Shown piece after piece: positions 49,407-63,852 of a stretch of DNA of 64,000 nt. Numbering within the stretch: position 1 is the first letter of the stretch; every line of letters starts with the position of its first letter. Position numbers and translations under genes: made by a program. The stretch comes from Psilocybe cubensis (Eukaryota). Under the pieces are notes generated by a model, which saw only the letters and a program-made list of their open reading frames with translations, searched no databases and was not told where the DNA came from. The stretch is from contig CM039009.1 in NCBI GenBank assembly GCA_017499595.2, positions 1,240,001 through 1,304,000 of the forward strand, read 5' to 3'.

Positions 49407-49955
49407 TTACAGATTCTCGCACTGATTTCTAATTTTGTTGACTACCTCCTTCAACCTAATGGCACCATCATCCTCCATGAGATCACAGTCCCACCAATCT
49501 GATGGTGTTGTATCTTGACAGTCTTGTCCCGGAGTTGGTGGCATCCTGGCAGGCATGATCGAGTTCCCAGCACTGGCGGTGTAGAACGCCAGTCTGGTAC
49601 CAAAGGCACTCATAGCATGTAGAGTGGGCAAGGGACAGAAAGGAAGTAAGTCCCGGACGTGTATTCGAATATGATCGTCGGCATTCTCTCGTGCGGAGAT
49701 TCGGGAAAGGGTGGGGTACGCATGGAGGTCCAGAAGGAAGACGGGCGAGTTCCTGTAGTACACGGTAAAGGTTGTGCGTGCTGTTGGGGTGCTAAGATCT
49801 TCATGACGGTGGACCTGAGGAAAGACGGTATAAGGCGTATTCACCGGGAAAAGCGTATTCAACAGCTTGTTATACGCTGCTGGGGTAAAATCTGATTCAA
49901 GATCAGGTTTGATTTTTTGGAAACATTCCATGATTTCGGAAGACCAAGGAGACAT
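49407..49955 (-). CDS. Intronless conserved basidiomycete-type hypothetical protein (182 aa)
   Basis: Motifs YNKLLNTLFP...VFPQ, PVFLLDLH, R..ADDHIR, LHAMSAFGTRL, WDCDLM...G. These resemble a fungal family recalled from memory. Confidence 0.7.
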   Translation of the reverse strand: MSPWSSEIMECFQKIKPDLESDFTPAAYNKLLNTLFPVNTPYTVFPQVHRHEDLSTPTARTTFTVYYRNSPVFLLDLHAYPTLSRISARENADDHIRIHVRDLLPFCPLPTLHAMSAFGTRLAFYTASAGNSIMPARMPPTPGQDCQDTTPSDWWDCDLMEDDGAIRLKEVVNKIRNQCENL

Positions 49956-51114
49956 AATGATAAACTGTAGACGTTTTCTTGGGTGTGCTTGTGTTTATAA
50001 CTAGATGGCTTTCTGATTGAATATCCTCTTTTCAGACATGGTTAGTGGAGAGATTCAATGGTACTCACCCCTATTCGAGACGGTGGAATGGATAGGGGTA
50101 AGATAATGTTGAAAGGGGTGTATGTTTTGCCGTCCATTAAAATTTACAGATAAATGGGGCGTGTAGGTAACAAGAATATCAGGGATATAAATATTTAGAA
50201 AGCTGCACAGACAAGGAAAGAATCTTACCCTTGATTTACTGTCACGGTGATTGTGGTCAATGTTTTGGTTCAAGCCTGACAGTGATAGATCTGATAAAGT
50301 CGGCGCTTAGTAGATTAGATAAGGTGTCCATGCCGAGTACGCCGAGCTCCCAATTGGTAAGTGGTCCGAATAGATCCAAGTTTGAACTAGCGACAATGAC
50401 TTCTACCCTTCAGAAATATTCGATGGAATTCGCGAGATAATCACGAACAATAGAGAAGGACAAGCAAGTTGACAATGAACTTTCCAACCTCGCGGAACGT
50501 TGAATTACTTTTGGCTGCGTGCGAGAGCGTGGAGTAGCAAACGTGGGTTGTGCGGCTCTGATCGCAAATCTCAATGAAGTAGTTGATACGAACTCATTAT
50601 TATTAACTATATTACTTGAGTCAAAAGAGTGCCATTTCGCATGGGTTAATTTCCCATTCAATGTAACACTGTTAAGATACTTGTAAGGTGTGGATGCTAC
50701 AAAAACATTTATAATAGACGGATACTGGATAATAGACGAGAAAGGTACCTCGGTGTTCTAGCCTTTCCTTCACCACACACCTCGAAGCTGCGCAGTTAAA
50801 TTGCACTAGATAATGTCATTTTTATCCTGATATTCTTTCATTGGTATTTTATTCCCAGAACACCCACATAGCACCATTATAAAAATACATTCTATTCCCA
50901 GGAGACGATTAGCGGAGAGTAATCCCGCTTGGAATTTGCGACTTCTGTCTAAATTTTAGTCATTAAGCATCCTTGCAATGAGATCAGAAGATCATATCTC
51001 TTGGACGTACCATATGGACGTGCTCCTGAATTCTTTCGCGAAGAGAGGTAAAAAAATACATAAAGAGGGTATACAGATAGAGAATACTCAACGTTTTACT
51101 ATCTGAGATTCGAA

Positions 51115-52618
51115 ATGCGTGTCTTCCACAGCTTGTATGCATTATGTCTGTTGGCGGTTGAAGGCAAGTGAAGTCTTGATAGACCTACAAGCAAAGACTG
51201 CTTCCTGACAAACGTTTAGTATCTTCTCAAACGATCTTTGGTTCGGTTAACCCATGGCCCCCAGGTCCAGGAAACGTACTGGTGCCACAAGCGCCTGATC
51301 CTGAACTAGTCCAAATCCTCAGCAAAGTCGACCCAAACCGCGTCAAAGCGATAATCGAGAAACTAGTAAGCTTCGGCACACGACACACTTTATCCAATCA
51401 AACGGACCCCGTCCGCGGTATAGGCGCGGCCAGAGACTGGATCGCATCCGAAATGCGCTCATTTGCTGCTGCTTCTAACGGGCGAATGACAGTATCGGTG
51501 CCAAGCTACGTTCAACAGCCAACCTCACGCATCCCAAACGCCACTGTAATTAGCAATATCGTCGCAACACTCAAAGGTTCCACTGAGCCTAACCGTGTAT
51601 ATGTCATCTCTGGCCATTATGATTCTCGAGTGACTGACATCTTGAATTTCACGGACGACGCACCTGGCGCAGACGACGATGGTTCTGGTGTTGCGGTTTC
51701 GATGGAACTAGCTCGAGTGATGGCGACCCACCAGCCAGCCGCAACGATTATGTTTGCGGTCGTTGCAGGAGAAGAACAAGGTCTTTTCGGATCCAACTTT
51801 ATGGCCACCACATTGGCCCAAAATGGTGTGGATGTCCAAGGAATGTTCGACAACGACATCGTAGGAAGTTCAACAGCTGATGACGGCACCGTTGATAAGA
51901 CGGACATCCGCATGTTCGTTTCAGGCCTTCCTCAAAACAATACCGCCCAACAAAATCTGAACCTCGCAGCGATCGGAGGAGAAAATGACTCGCCATCGCA
52001 TCAGCTAGGCCGGTTCGTTGCTGAAGTTGCGCAAAATGTTGTGACCCAATTGAATGGTTAGTTCGATTGAATGAAGGGAGATATCAAGTATTTGACTGAC
52101 CTGTTATCGACAAATCAGTGCGCACCATCTATCGCCCAGATCGTTACTTACGTGGCGGAGATCATGAGTCATTCCTCCAGCAAGGATTCCCAGCAGTTCG
52201 CTTCACAGAACCCCATGAGAATTTCGCACATCAACACCAGGATGTCAGAGTGGTCAACGGGGTCCAATTCGGTGACCTCGCCGAGTTTGTCGACTTCGAC
52301 TTCACTGCTCGGGTGGCAAAGGTCAATGGCGCAGGACTGTGGTCGCTCGCACAAGCACCAGGCACTCCTAAGAACGTGTTCATCGACGCCACGGTATTGA
52401 CAAACAATTCGACGCTCAGATGGACTGCAGATCCCAACGCAGATAGCTATGAGATTGTGTGGAGAGAGACAGACGAGCCTCAATGGTCTCGCGTCATCCC
52501 AGTGGGAAAAGTAAGCTCTGTGACTGTGAACTTGTCGAAAGACAACGTCCAAATGGGAGTGCGGGCCGTCGGAAAGAACGGGTTCAAGAGCCCAGCCGCT
52601 TTCCCTTTCCCTGGGTAA
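51115..52618 (+). CDS. Secreted M28-family zinc peptidase with C-terminal FN3-like domain, 3 exons
   Basis: Signal peptide MRVFHSLYALCLLAVEVSS, ISGHYDSR, PGADDDGSG, AGEEQGLFGS, NDIVG, RGGDHESF, HQHQD. Introns 51164-51219 (GC-AG) and 52057-52118. Confidence 0.92.
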
Positions 52619-52988
52619 AGTTGACACCTACATTGGAAGTAGAAGAGTTTTATCAGTATTGTCACATAAAAGTGTAAAAAATGGAAAAGCACCTCGATCA
52701 TCTTTAATTGAAGCAGTGTGTGTGTGTGTCATGACATGAAGTGGAGAATAGCTACTAAGGTGATCATGAGCTCGAGAATAAAGAGTGAAGGTACTCAGAG
52801 AGCAATATCAAATGAGAATGCTACGCTACCAACCAGAATGACCAAAATATCAACAGAGTTATTTGGACGCATTATCCATAATACAAATAAAGGAACAGGA
52901 AAATACTAAATTGAACCTCCGTTGCTGGGGAGGAGTTAAAAAAAAGTACACATCGATGAAATTTAACATTGATTTCTCAAGTAAAATC

Positions 52989-53588
52989 CTAGGGCAGCGC
53001 AGCAAGGGATCCTCCAACCTCTGAAGAAGGATTGAAAATTTAAATCAAACAGTGCGAAGATAGATAAGCGAAGGGACATACGCTCTACCATGACATCAAT
53101 GGTATCTATTCACCACACAATTAGTCGAGACACCACGACGATTAGGCAGGCCATACCATTGTCTTCCATATCAAGAGTCGCAGGTGTATCATCTTCTTGT
53201 ATCCGGGACCCATCGTACAGGAATCTGAACAAGCCGAGTTAGAAGCAATGCGTTTGGCGGGGTCTCAGGTGCACTGATCTCGCAGAGCAGCCATGCAATA
53301 AGGTAGATCGGTGGCTTACCGGATGCTTCCAACATCTTTGCCAACCTTGCTAGCATAGGCTCCCTGGAGCTTGCTAAGCCTGGTGCTTCGCTTGATCTTG
53401 AAGAAAACCTCTTCGCCTGACGAGCTCACAACCTGCGAATTCACAACATCGATAAGCCACTCGATGATTTCACCGAAATCGCGCTTCTTTCGAGAATGAC
53501 GACGCACCTTGATGTTAATGGTTGCGTTGGCATCTTCCTGCTTGAGCTCGTGCTCCTGGGTGTTCGCCTGATGGTCTTCCTCCGACAT
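52989..53588 (-). CDS. SMT3: SUMO (small ubiquitin-like modifier), 5 exons
   Basis: TINIKVVSSSGEEVFFKIKRSTRLSKL...[42 protein letters not shown]. Confidence 0.96.
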
Positions 53589-54234
53589 GGCTGTAGTAGG
53601 TAGGGGCAAGCTAGAGTTGATGGTAGATCTGAACTATAAAATCCTGGAGGTTAATAAAGATATATATGCTCCCTTTGAAAATAAATACAACAGCGGCAGT
53701 AGATATAAAGTTCAAGTGCTGAAGCTTGAAGCCTTGAGGGAGGGGGCTCGAGTGTGCAAAGTGAAGCAGTGAAAGTCTCTGACCTGGAAATCTAAATGAA
53801 AGATTACATAATCACAACCATTCATGGGAGTAGCGATGTCGACCATGATGAGTGCACAGACATTCGTCGAAAAGGTTCTGTCAAACACAGTTTATCCAAT
53901 AAATTCCAATAGTATTTATAGTAAATTATAGTGCTTCATAGTAGAAGTGTAGGGCTGATAATGAGAAACAGAAATATACACAGAACAAATCAAGCAACGC
54001 CTTGAATAAATCAGAGGATAGAGAAAACGAAAGCCCAGTAATGTAAGGTCAAAAGAGATGCGGGATAGAGATGTATAGTGAACGTGTTGGGTCGCCAGGT
54101 TGTGGAAAGTAGAGAGATAGGCGGCCGTTCGGTGCGATGATATTAAATAGTCCCATAGCATAAGCAGAAAAAACCAAAGAGTGACTGACACAAAATCAAA
54201 AGAGAATCGCAAAACAGAAAAGGTCGAAAAACAG

Positions 54235-57200
54235 TTACGCCTTGTTGGCGACCATACGGCTGACATCCTTCTCTCTCTTCGCTGCACGAGTTAGTAGCCT
54301 CTTGGCTCGCACATATTGCTCGTCTTCGTCAGATCCAGAATCCTGCCACATATCGTACACCACCTCGGGCTGCCGATGAGAAATACCAACATGAGTAGGT
54401 GCCGCTGCTCGAACTGGTACAGGGGCGGGAAGAGGGGCAGGCATGCTGTAACGTCTGTTATTCTCTTCGGAACCCATAGTTTCTCGACCCGAAGCACGAC
54501 CCTGCGAACTAGAACTAGCACCGCTCCAGGGAGAATACCTCTTTTCTTCCTCCTCAGATTCGTATTCAATGGCCGGCGGGGACGGAGAGAAGGTGGGTTG
54601 CAATGATACACGCACACTCTTTCTCCTACGAGGCTGAGAAGACGGTGTGTGCAATGATGATCCGCCCAAAACCGTCGAAGACGTAGAATGAGATATATCA
54701 GACCTAGGTCCATCATTTTCAGGATGCTGGCCATTCACTGCTCGAGGAACAACACCGCCGTTTGCAATAGGTGCTTTGAGAGTGGAAGCGGAGGAAGAAG
54801 GACCAGCGACACCAGCCCTCTCCACCTCTTCCTGATCAGAATAGAACTCGTTTCCAGTCTCGTATGACTCCGACTCGTCAGTGTTGTCGCCGCTCTCAGC
54901 GTCGGTGGGTCGAACAGGGGCCTTTCCTTTGCCCTTGATATCCTTCGAGGTCTTCATAGGGAGTGTTGACGGCACAACCCCCCCAACAGGGGAAGGCGAA
55001 CGGCTAGACTTCAACGCGCTTCGCAGAGGGGTTCCGAGCATTCGGGTCGCACTACTACTAGACGCGACGGCTGCCGTCCGAGGCTGGGCATGTCCACTCT
55101 TTGGCACTGACGTCTGTGCCGGTTGATGAGTGTTACCTGTAACCAACGTAGGCGCTGATGCTGAAGCCTCTCTCGACAATTCAACATCCTTTGCTCTTTG
55201 ATCGAACACCGAGCCCGGAGCCTTGATCTCGAACATGCTTATCTTCGGAGGCGTCCTGGCATTTGATGAGGCAGGAGGCACCAGCGTCGAAGAGGAAGGG
55301 GAGGTGATTGACGTTGAAGTTTGGCCACCCGCTGCTAATGTCCTGACTTGTACCGCATCCATCGCCCTGAGCTCCTCTCTACCTAACGATGGCGGAGCTT
55401 TCACCAGTTCAATCATGCCTGTTGGCTTCTGCACCCCACCCGCATTCTTCTGTACTTTCAGATCGCGGCTCCATCCCTCCCTATCCCTATTCACCCTCGC
55501 CACGTCCTCCACGATACTCATCAAACTAGGCACAGCAGGGGTGGCTTGCACAACAGCCCCATTCGTATGGGCAGCACCGGAACGCGCAGCACTAGACCCA
55601 GCCTTGCCACTTGACAGTGACACCTGGCTAGAATTGCCTAACGATGACCGTCTTCCCAACCCACTTCCACCCATACCCTGCCCAAGAGTGGTCTGCCTTT
55701 TAGCTCGCGTACCAGGACCGCTCGGCGCGCTCGCCGAGCTGGTAATTGACGAATTCCGAGACAGGCCTCCACCCATGACCTGGGCCTGTTCCGTCCAGCC
55801 GGGCTGAGAGACAAGAGTGCCACTAGGACGATCACCTCCGGACCGCATAACGGTCGCCCCGCCCACAGCACCTGAATTGCCAGGGGAGGTCTTAACGGGA
55901 GTTGGCGTCCCAGAGGTCTTCATTGACGATTTCCTCGCGGGCGAAGGCGTGTTGACGACATCTTTTTGCACTGGTGCAGCCAGAGGTATCGAGCTCGAAG
56001 CAACGGGTACGGGAGGTGGGGCAGTCGTACCTGCAGAAACTTGATTCTTCTTCTTAGTCAGGCTCTTTTTCCTCGTCACTGCAGGCGCAGAGACAACCGC
56101 AGCAGAGTCACTCGAATAGTCTTTCGTCGGCGTCGTTCTGAGCACACCATGAAAAGGTTTGACTGGCGGAATCACCGGTCGTGAGGCAGGAATTGCTGGA
56201 GGAGGTGAAGAAACCGCAGCAGGTCGCCTTCCATCATCTCGAGGCCCACCAACTTCACTTGCCGTTCTCCTTCTCCATCCTAGGTCAACGATCATATCAC
56301 CGCTATCCTTGGGACTTTCTTCCTGAACCCAATCTCGTCTCTCCGGATTTACATCCACACTGGCGCTCCTACGATTGCCTACCCCCGCCGGCTTCCCTGT
56401 AGCTTTGCTGGCTGGTGGCACAGAGGTGCTTACAGCTCTGACAGGTGGTTTCTCAGCGGCTGTCTTTTGCCCAACGTCAGCTGGAGGATGTCGAGAAGCA
56501 GTCGTCACCTCCACAGGCCCGGCGGTTCCCTTGTCGTCTCCAGATAGCGCGACTCCAGAAGCTGAAGGAGCAACAGGCGGACCAGTTCGATTTTTCTTCA
56601 GCTTCCTCCCAGCAGGACCCGCAGCCGCACCAGCACTAGAACTCGTCATAACACCAACGTCGCTCGCCGCCCTCGTTCTTGGTCCAACTCTCGCGTCAGG
56701 GGCCCTGCCCAAGCCAACCCCATTCGCATTGACAACACCAACATTCGCCACCGCGTTCCCAGCCAAACCCCCTTCCAAAGCAGCACCAAGTCCCACACCG
56801 CGCCTACCAACGCTTCCATCATCAAAGCTTCCCTTCCTGGTGAGTTGCTGGATATTCTTGTCTGTCCTGGTCTGCCATTTACTCGATGTGCGCTCCTTGT
56901 CTTTGGATCCTCTGAAAAGGTTCTGTAAACCTCCGCCTGCACCTCGGGTAGTCGGCGACTGGTCGTCGTCCGAATCGTATAGATCATCCACCTCATTTGC
57001 AGCGAGAGAAGTAGAATCGCGCTTGAATTTAGTGCGCAACGGGGACGATGGGGAGTCTTTCGGATGTCTTGAAACGAAAAGGCCTTTGATACTGCCCAGG
57101 AAGCCTTTCGACGGCGACGCATTTGAGGATTTGGGTGCTTCATCGAGGGGTGACTCTGGAGTAGCAAAACTGACATGACCATTGCCCTGCTGTTCGTCTA

Positions 57201-59226
57201 CAGCCTGTACCTGAGCCGGCCGTGCAATGTGCGAATGGGATGAAGAATGAGAATGGAAGAACGGGAACCTCTTCTTCTCCTTTCCCTTGGTCTCGCCATC
57301 CTCATCCTCATCCTTAGCCTTGCCTTTCCCCTTAGCCCTCTTCGCTTCTTCAGCCTTTTCCCTTTCCTCCTTTTCGAGCTCCTTTTTACGGGACTCGGTC
57401 AAGAACCTCGGATTTTCAACAACCTCCAACTTTCCTTCCTGGATCAGCTTCCCTTCCTGCTCGAGCTCGTCCTCAGTACTCGAAGCTCCATCATCCTGAC
57501 GGGCTTCTTCTCCGCCACGCTGTGTATCCTGACTCGCGCTCCGCATCTCTTCTTCCGTAATGCGCCTTTCCAGCACGTGGCGTTTCGGATATGAAGCAGC
57601 AGGCTGGGGTGTCACCAACGGAGTCGTCTGCGGCGTCGACCTGCCTGACGCAGACGGCGTGGCAGACCTCGACGAGGTCCTCCGCTGCAGGTTCTGTTGC
57701 TGGCCAGACGGCCCCGCGACAGGCTGCCGATCCGGAACAGCTGTGGGTATATCGAATGCATATCCCTCGAGTGCATGAGGCGCCGGTATCCGAACTGAAT
57801 TGTGGGAATCGCGGTGGTCGCGATCGTCCTTGAACAGCTCGCTCGATGTGGGAACTTGCGGGCTGCTGGTGCCAGCACTCGACGAAGCTTCTCGGCCTGG
57901 AACATGTACAGCTACGGCTGCTGCATATGTTACCGTTTCCACCTTATAAGTTGCCGGCGTGGCAGATACAGACGATAGAGTGGTTGACACCCCCGAGGAG
58001 GGACGTAGTCCAGAGGTCGTCTCGTGTGGTTGGTGATTTTCGTCGTCATTGTTTGGCTGCGTGTTCTCATTATGTTCCTGTCTCGCGGAAGGCTCGCCGA
58101 ATAATCCGGAATTCATTATGGAACCGATATGGACAGCAGGGGGGATGTCATTGTTGTTCAGGTTCACCTGGGATGCAGACTGAGAAGGCCCAATGGAGGA
58201 CAAATCGAACGACGGTCGGGTAGAGTGGGGATCTGTATTTTCGCGGCTGGCTTCGAGAGTTTCTCCCAAATAGGGTTCGTGTATGTAGGAAGCACGGCGT
58301 TCTAAGAAGGAAACGAAACATGCATGTTAGAACAATACTGTAGGGCATATAAACTGTCAAAGATAAAAAAAAATTAACATACCGACGTTCTCTGCCTTCA
58401 ACTCTTCCAAAGCGCGAAGAGAATCTTTCCCGAGCTGACTCCATGCCCAACCGCATTCCATCATGGCTTTGGCGCGAGCCCCGAGCCCATCGCGGATTGC
58501 AGCATTCCGCTTCAGCTCAAGCTCGCGTTCCTTAGCCGCGAGATGTGTTTCACAAGCCTGCAGCTCCGTCTGTGCGGCAGCTAGCTTCGACGAGGAGAAT
58601 GCCGCAGACAACGGCCCTGTTTACAGATGAGACATTAACGGTCAGCACAACCATCATTCGTAAATTGATAACACAACGTAATAGCACAGTAACGAAGGTA
58701 ACGTACGAGATGAACTAGGTGAAGGCGAATCCTGCTGTCCGAGGAAAGACGACGAAAGAGAAGAGGACGATGGGAAGCGCTGGTTTCCCAACAACAGTGA
58801 ATCACGGAAGTTGCTAGAACCGCTCTTGTGCGACTTGGAAGCCTTGATCAACCGAGTGACCCTTGATGAATTGCGAGTAAGTTCTCCCACAGCCTAGTGA
58901 ATATATGTGTCGAGAACGTACAGAATTTCCCTGTCTCTCATGATATTCCCAACCTCGTCTTCGGCGTCCTTCAACGCGCGCATGGCATCCCTCCATTCTT
59001 CGACACCATGGACGTATCTTCTGAGCGCTTCGTCGGCCGCTGCTAGTGAACCAGCGACCGACATGATGACCTGGGAAGCAGGGCGCGGTGACGCTGCTGC
59101 ATAGGCACCGAAAGATGCCAGAGAGACATTAGAGGTGTCTAGAACCTGGTTTAGCTGCTTGATGTATTCCTTCTCTTGCTGCAGGAGGTTTGTGAGCAGG
59201 CGTGAGTCTGCTGGACGGTGCACCAT
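54235..59226 (-). CDS. Large protein with N-terminal helical coiled-coil (BAR/Pil1-like) region and long disordered C-terminus
   Basis: Exons 59226-~58921, ~58864-58700, ~58617-58384 and a final exon from ~58300 containing the 1344-aa ORF. The N-terminus is amphipathic and helical. The BAR assignment is inference. Confidence 0.75.
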
Positions 59227-60427
59227 GTCCTAGACGTCGCCTCTGTCGTTATTATTGGAGGATAAGATATTGAGAAGAAAAAATGGAGGAGGTCGGAGGA
59301 ACAGAGACAGTGAGCATACGCGAGTCTTGGATCAAAGTCAACCTTGACATACCCCCTTGGCCCGTTTGATTAGTCAGCATTAATGATGTCACTTTCTGAT
59401 TTCATTCCTCGGACGCCCCTATTTGCAAGTCGTTCAGCGTCACCAGCGGAGCCAAATAGCATATCTGAAGATTTGCTACTACTCGAGCAGAGCAAACACA
59501 ACAGATTATCCTATAGAGAGCTTCTACTGCATGATCTGACTGCTGAACAGTTCCATCAGCAAAATTGAAGCGCCTTGGAGGGCTCGATCGATAATACATT
59601 CTCAGTCTACATTTCATGACAAGGTTTAACACTGAACAAGTAATTTATTTGGCAGTGAAAGTCATATAAGAGACACGGATGATACTAACCTAGCGATAGA
59701 GTAACCAACAAACTAATTTTCTGAACCGTGAATCATGACTGTATACCGGTGAATATAAAAACAACACATAGAGTCTTGAATTAGTAATTAGCAAAATAGA
59801 TGAACGTTGTTAAGGTGAAGTTAGATGAATGGAATAAATGGTCAGTTAGATGAACAGATAGTTGAAAGCGGCTAAGTAGGAAAAATAGGGTGACGTAGGC
59901 GTTAGATGAATGTATGAAGAGATGTTAACGAAGAGGTCAAGGGATAGGGACAAATGGTAGTAGGAGAAGCTCGATGAAGGGGATAGTCAAAGCCCACAGA
60001 CGGATATCTAGGGTGTAGGAAGGTAGTATGGAGTGTTTAGGTTGAAAGTAAACGGTAGATCAATCAAAGATGATAGGAGGTAAGCACGCTGGGTAGAAGA
60101 AGCAGAGGAATAGGGTGCCGCAGTGTGTAAAGGGGTGTCGCAAAGGTCTAAATGTAGAATGTGCAGTAAACTACTTTAATCGCTGAATAGAATGTCTGAA
60201 CAAATGCAAGGACGATGAAAGGGAAAAACAATACTACATCTAAAGCACACAAGGACGGGAAATGGCAAAATGCGAGGCACCAGAATCATCGAGGTTTGAA
60301 AGACATGAAAGGGCATGAACTGTCAAATCAAATGCAACCAATCATCGACAGACGTCAGAGATTGGATCCAACAGAAGACCTGTGCGTTCTGCAATTTTGG
60401 CATGACAGAAAGGTCGTCGCGATTTCA

Positions 60428-63400
60428 TCACATAATATGCCACGATGGCCCAGTATCATCGGCCGGTCTGTCCACCAACGGCCCACCAGACATATTTGCA
60501 CGATGTCTGCGCACAGCCGATGATCCCCAGCTTCCGTCGTCAGGACCAATCGTCGCTTGCGACATGTTGCTTAACGTCGCGGTGTCCGTGTCGAGTGTGG
60601 CTGGTGCGGTGACAAAGCTACCGGCGGCAGTACTGATGTCCGGAGGAGAACCACTGCTGCTGGTTTCAGTGTTGGCAGTCTGGCGGGGAGGAAGGGCTAG
60701 AGTGTTCGGTGTAGGGGGATGGAGGAAGATGCGGTGTGAGGCAGGGAGTGTCCACGGGATGGGTATTCCTTGTCGCTCAGAGGAGCCAGAGTGATCATCG
60801 CTGCTTGACTGAGGAGGCGAACCAGAAAGAGCAGTATTCATCGTATTTGTTGGAGAAGTAGATGGGTGGATTGGAATTGGGATAGCCGCAGATGCTGGGC
60901 TCTCTGCTCTTTCGTCGACGTCGAAGTACATCTGCGATTCCAAAGACTGAGGCACGCCTTGTGTGGTGGGATCGACAGGAGTATCAGGCACTTCAGGTTG
61001 TTCGTGGACCGGTGAGGGAGGTGGAGGTTGGCGAAGGAATGGCATGGGACGACCGAACGTGTAATTTTCAGCGCTCATGCTCAGACTCTCGCTTCCACTG
61101 CGCGAATGCGTACCCCCAGACGACGAGTACGCTTCTAGATCCTGTTCGAATCGAGGATTCTGATATTGATGAACCGGAGGCAAATCAAGAACGACGTCCT
61201 CTTCCAGCCTGGCCATTGACGAGTTGACGCGACTGCGTGGACGACTGCTGTGACCACTGCCGCTTCCACTTGCACTTCCATTACTGCTGCTCCTATTGCC
61301 AAAGCCACCTAGACCCGCTGCAGGACCCGTCGCACCGCGCATAATGTTGTCCAATTGTGTCATGGAGGCTGAAGCAGCACCTTGCATCAAAGAGCGCATA
61401 GAGGCACCTAGAGAGTTTGCGCGTTCACGTACACTGTGCAGAGAGGGTGCAACGCGCGACGACGAATGTGTTCGTGTTCGCGACCGGACTGAATGGCGTG
61501 AATGAGTACGCGACCGTGAAGCTTCGCCAGACGAGGACGTATTGGACAGCGAGACACGCGAATTGCGCGCTGAAGATGGAATTCCCAGCAGGCCGACGCT
61601 GTCCTCATGTTCTCCATGGTCATCTTCCTCTTCTTCTTCCCCATGTTCGTCCTCGTCCTCAGCCTCGTCATCATCATCGTGGTCAAAATAGCTAACGGCC
61701 GGATCGACAATGATTCCATTGCTCGTAGTAGGTCCGCTATCCATCCTCTGCCTGTAAACACTAGGGAACGCGATGGGCACATGTGCACTGCGTGCTCGTC
61801 CAGCATTTGCAGCGGCTGCGGGGTGTCGTGGAGGCATGGGGATGTGGCCGGGGCTGCTCGATTCCGCAGATTCCTGGTTGCCCGTGCTATGGGTAATGAC
61901 GGAGCCAGCGCCGCCTGAAGACAATGCAGACGATACACCAGACATTGTGCGTCCATGTCCTGCACCTGCGGGTCGTCGAAGGCTGAAAGGGTAGCGGGAA
62001 GACGGGCTGATGGGTTGACCGAGGGATGACATTGAGCCAGAGGCGCGACCAGAGGATGGTTCCTCGCTGCCTTCGAAATCTTCATCGTCTTCATCATCTT
62101 CCTCATCATCGTCCTCATCATCATCATCCTCATCGTCGTCATCCTCCTCCTCATCATCATCCTCTTCCTCATCATCGTCGATCTCTTCGCTGGTGCCACT
62201 GGTAGCGCTGGAGCTGCTCTTGCTCTTGCTTGACTTGGAGCTGGCCTTCTTCTCCTTTTCAGCGTCCGAGCTCACGCTAGCAGGGAAAGGCACCGAGTCC
62301 TTACTCGACACCTGTCCCGCTCCAGGATTCGAGAATGGATAAGGAATCACAGGACCTTCCTTGTCTTTCGAATTCCTTTTAGCGACCTTTGGCATTTCCA
62401 GCTCGGTACCCACAGGAACAAATACGCCTTTACCCGTCGAAGTTGACGCCTCGGCAACCACAACGTCCGGTATCAGAGAGCCCATCGGCGGAGGAGGACC
62501 GGAGAACAAATCCTTGCTCAGCACACCGCGCTTCGCAGGCGACGGCCCGCCTCCCAATCCCACAGCAGCCAGGACCTTTTCAATGCCTTCAAACTCTTCC
62601 TCCTTCTCACTGGCTTTCGCAGCGTCCAGCTTTGGACCTCGTGGCTCTTTCGACAGGCCATCAGGCTGTCCATGTCTGACAGCTGGGGCTGCCGACCACC
62701 TTAATGCCTGACCCGCATCGTTGACGCCGCCGCCGCCGCTCCTCCGCCGCGTCATAAGACAAAACTCGAATGCGTCCTGCACCCGCGTGCGCGTTGTCTC
62801 CCTCCACGCCCATGCCAGCTCATCGCCTCCATAGTCGCTTCGCCTGTCGTCTGCGCCGTACGGGGTGCCTGCGTACGGGCTCCCTGGGAACCCGTAGAAG
62901 CTGGAGCGATACGCTTCGTATTCGGATGCTGCTGCGGAGTAGCGGGCGCGGGTCTTTTCCTGTGCGTATTCGTCCCATGTATGGCGGGGTCCGCACAGTC
63001 CGCCTAGTCGCTGGTTGGAGAAGATCCAAAGGCCAAGCCTGGAAAATGATGATGTAAGTATTGAAACTGCGCAATCGAGAAGGGTACACGTACCAGGAAA
63101 CCAGTACCACCAATGCTCTCCATCCCGTCCACGCTGCATTCGCGATAAGGATACCACGCGAGTAGTCCGTAAGGCTTCCATCAGAGCGGAAGAATGTTCC
63201 GTCCCTATTCGAAGGCCCATTCAACGACGGCGCAGACGACGAAAACGCGAACAAAAGAGCAAGACAGAGCGCAGCGCGGGGAAGGAGCAGCGCAACAGTT
63301 GGAACATTCTGGGAGTAGAAAAAGAACGTCTCCGCCAATCCCTGCTTCCACGCGATCTCCACCTTCTTCTTCCTCTTCCTGTCGCTATCGCCATCGTCTC

Positions 63401-63852
63401 CATGAAGCGCGGTCCGACGCTGCTTGACGCGCTGCGTCGACGATGGTGTAGATGCCGAATTCGAAGCGCTCGCTTTGGGCGTCTGAGCTTGTGCGACATG
63501 CCTCCTGCGGCGCTTCTCATCCACCTCCAAAATCTCGCCAAACTCGCCTGTGAACTCGTCGTCCAGCCCATCATCGACCTCAACCATACTGCTGCGCTCG
63601 ACGTCCTCACTTTGACCGGGCACCTGTTGCCCGTCGCGCCGCACGTGTACTTCTTCTTCGACTTCGGTGACGGGGATCACGATTGGACCTGTGGCTGCTG
63701 CTGTGCCGGCGCCACTGGCGAGATACGCGTCTTCTGGGCGCATGAACGCGGAGATTCGGAGGTGTTGGAGGAAGCTGAAGTTGGTGTACGACGTCATAGC
63801 CGCGAGGTTAAACCCAGCAGAGGAAAGGAATATCGGGAGCATGAGAGGCCGG
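60428..63852 (-). CDS. Membrane protein of unknown function with long Ser/acidic disordered C-terminus; 5' end probably outside window
   Basis: ORF 62820..63842 (hydrophobic VALLLPRAALCLALLFAF, GILIANAAWTGWRALVVLVSW) is joined through intron ~63040-63093 to LGLWIFSNQ... in the 930-aa ORF ending at 60428. Confidence 0.75.

Noticed and set aside
52906-52926. Second diglycine-coding segment (NGGSI*) downstream of SUMO as an alternative last exon
   Set aside because: The CAG acceptor is in the wrong phase for the exon-4 donor, and no compatible donor was found.
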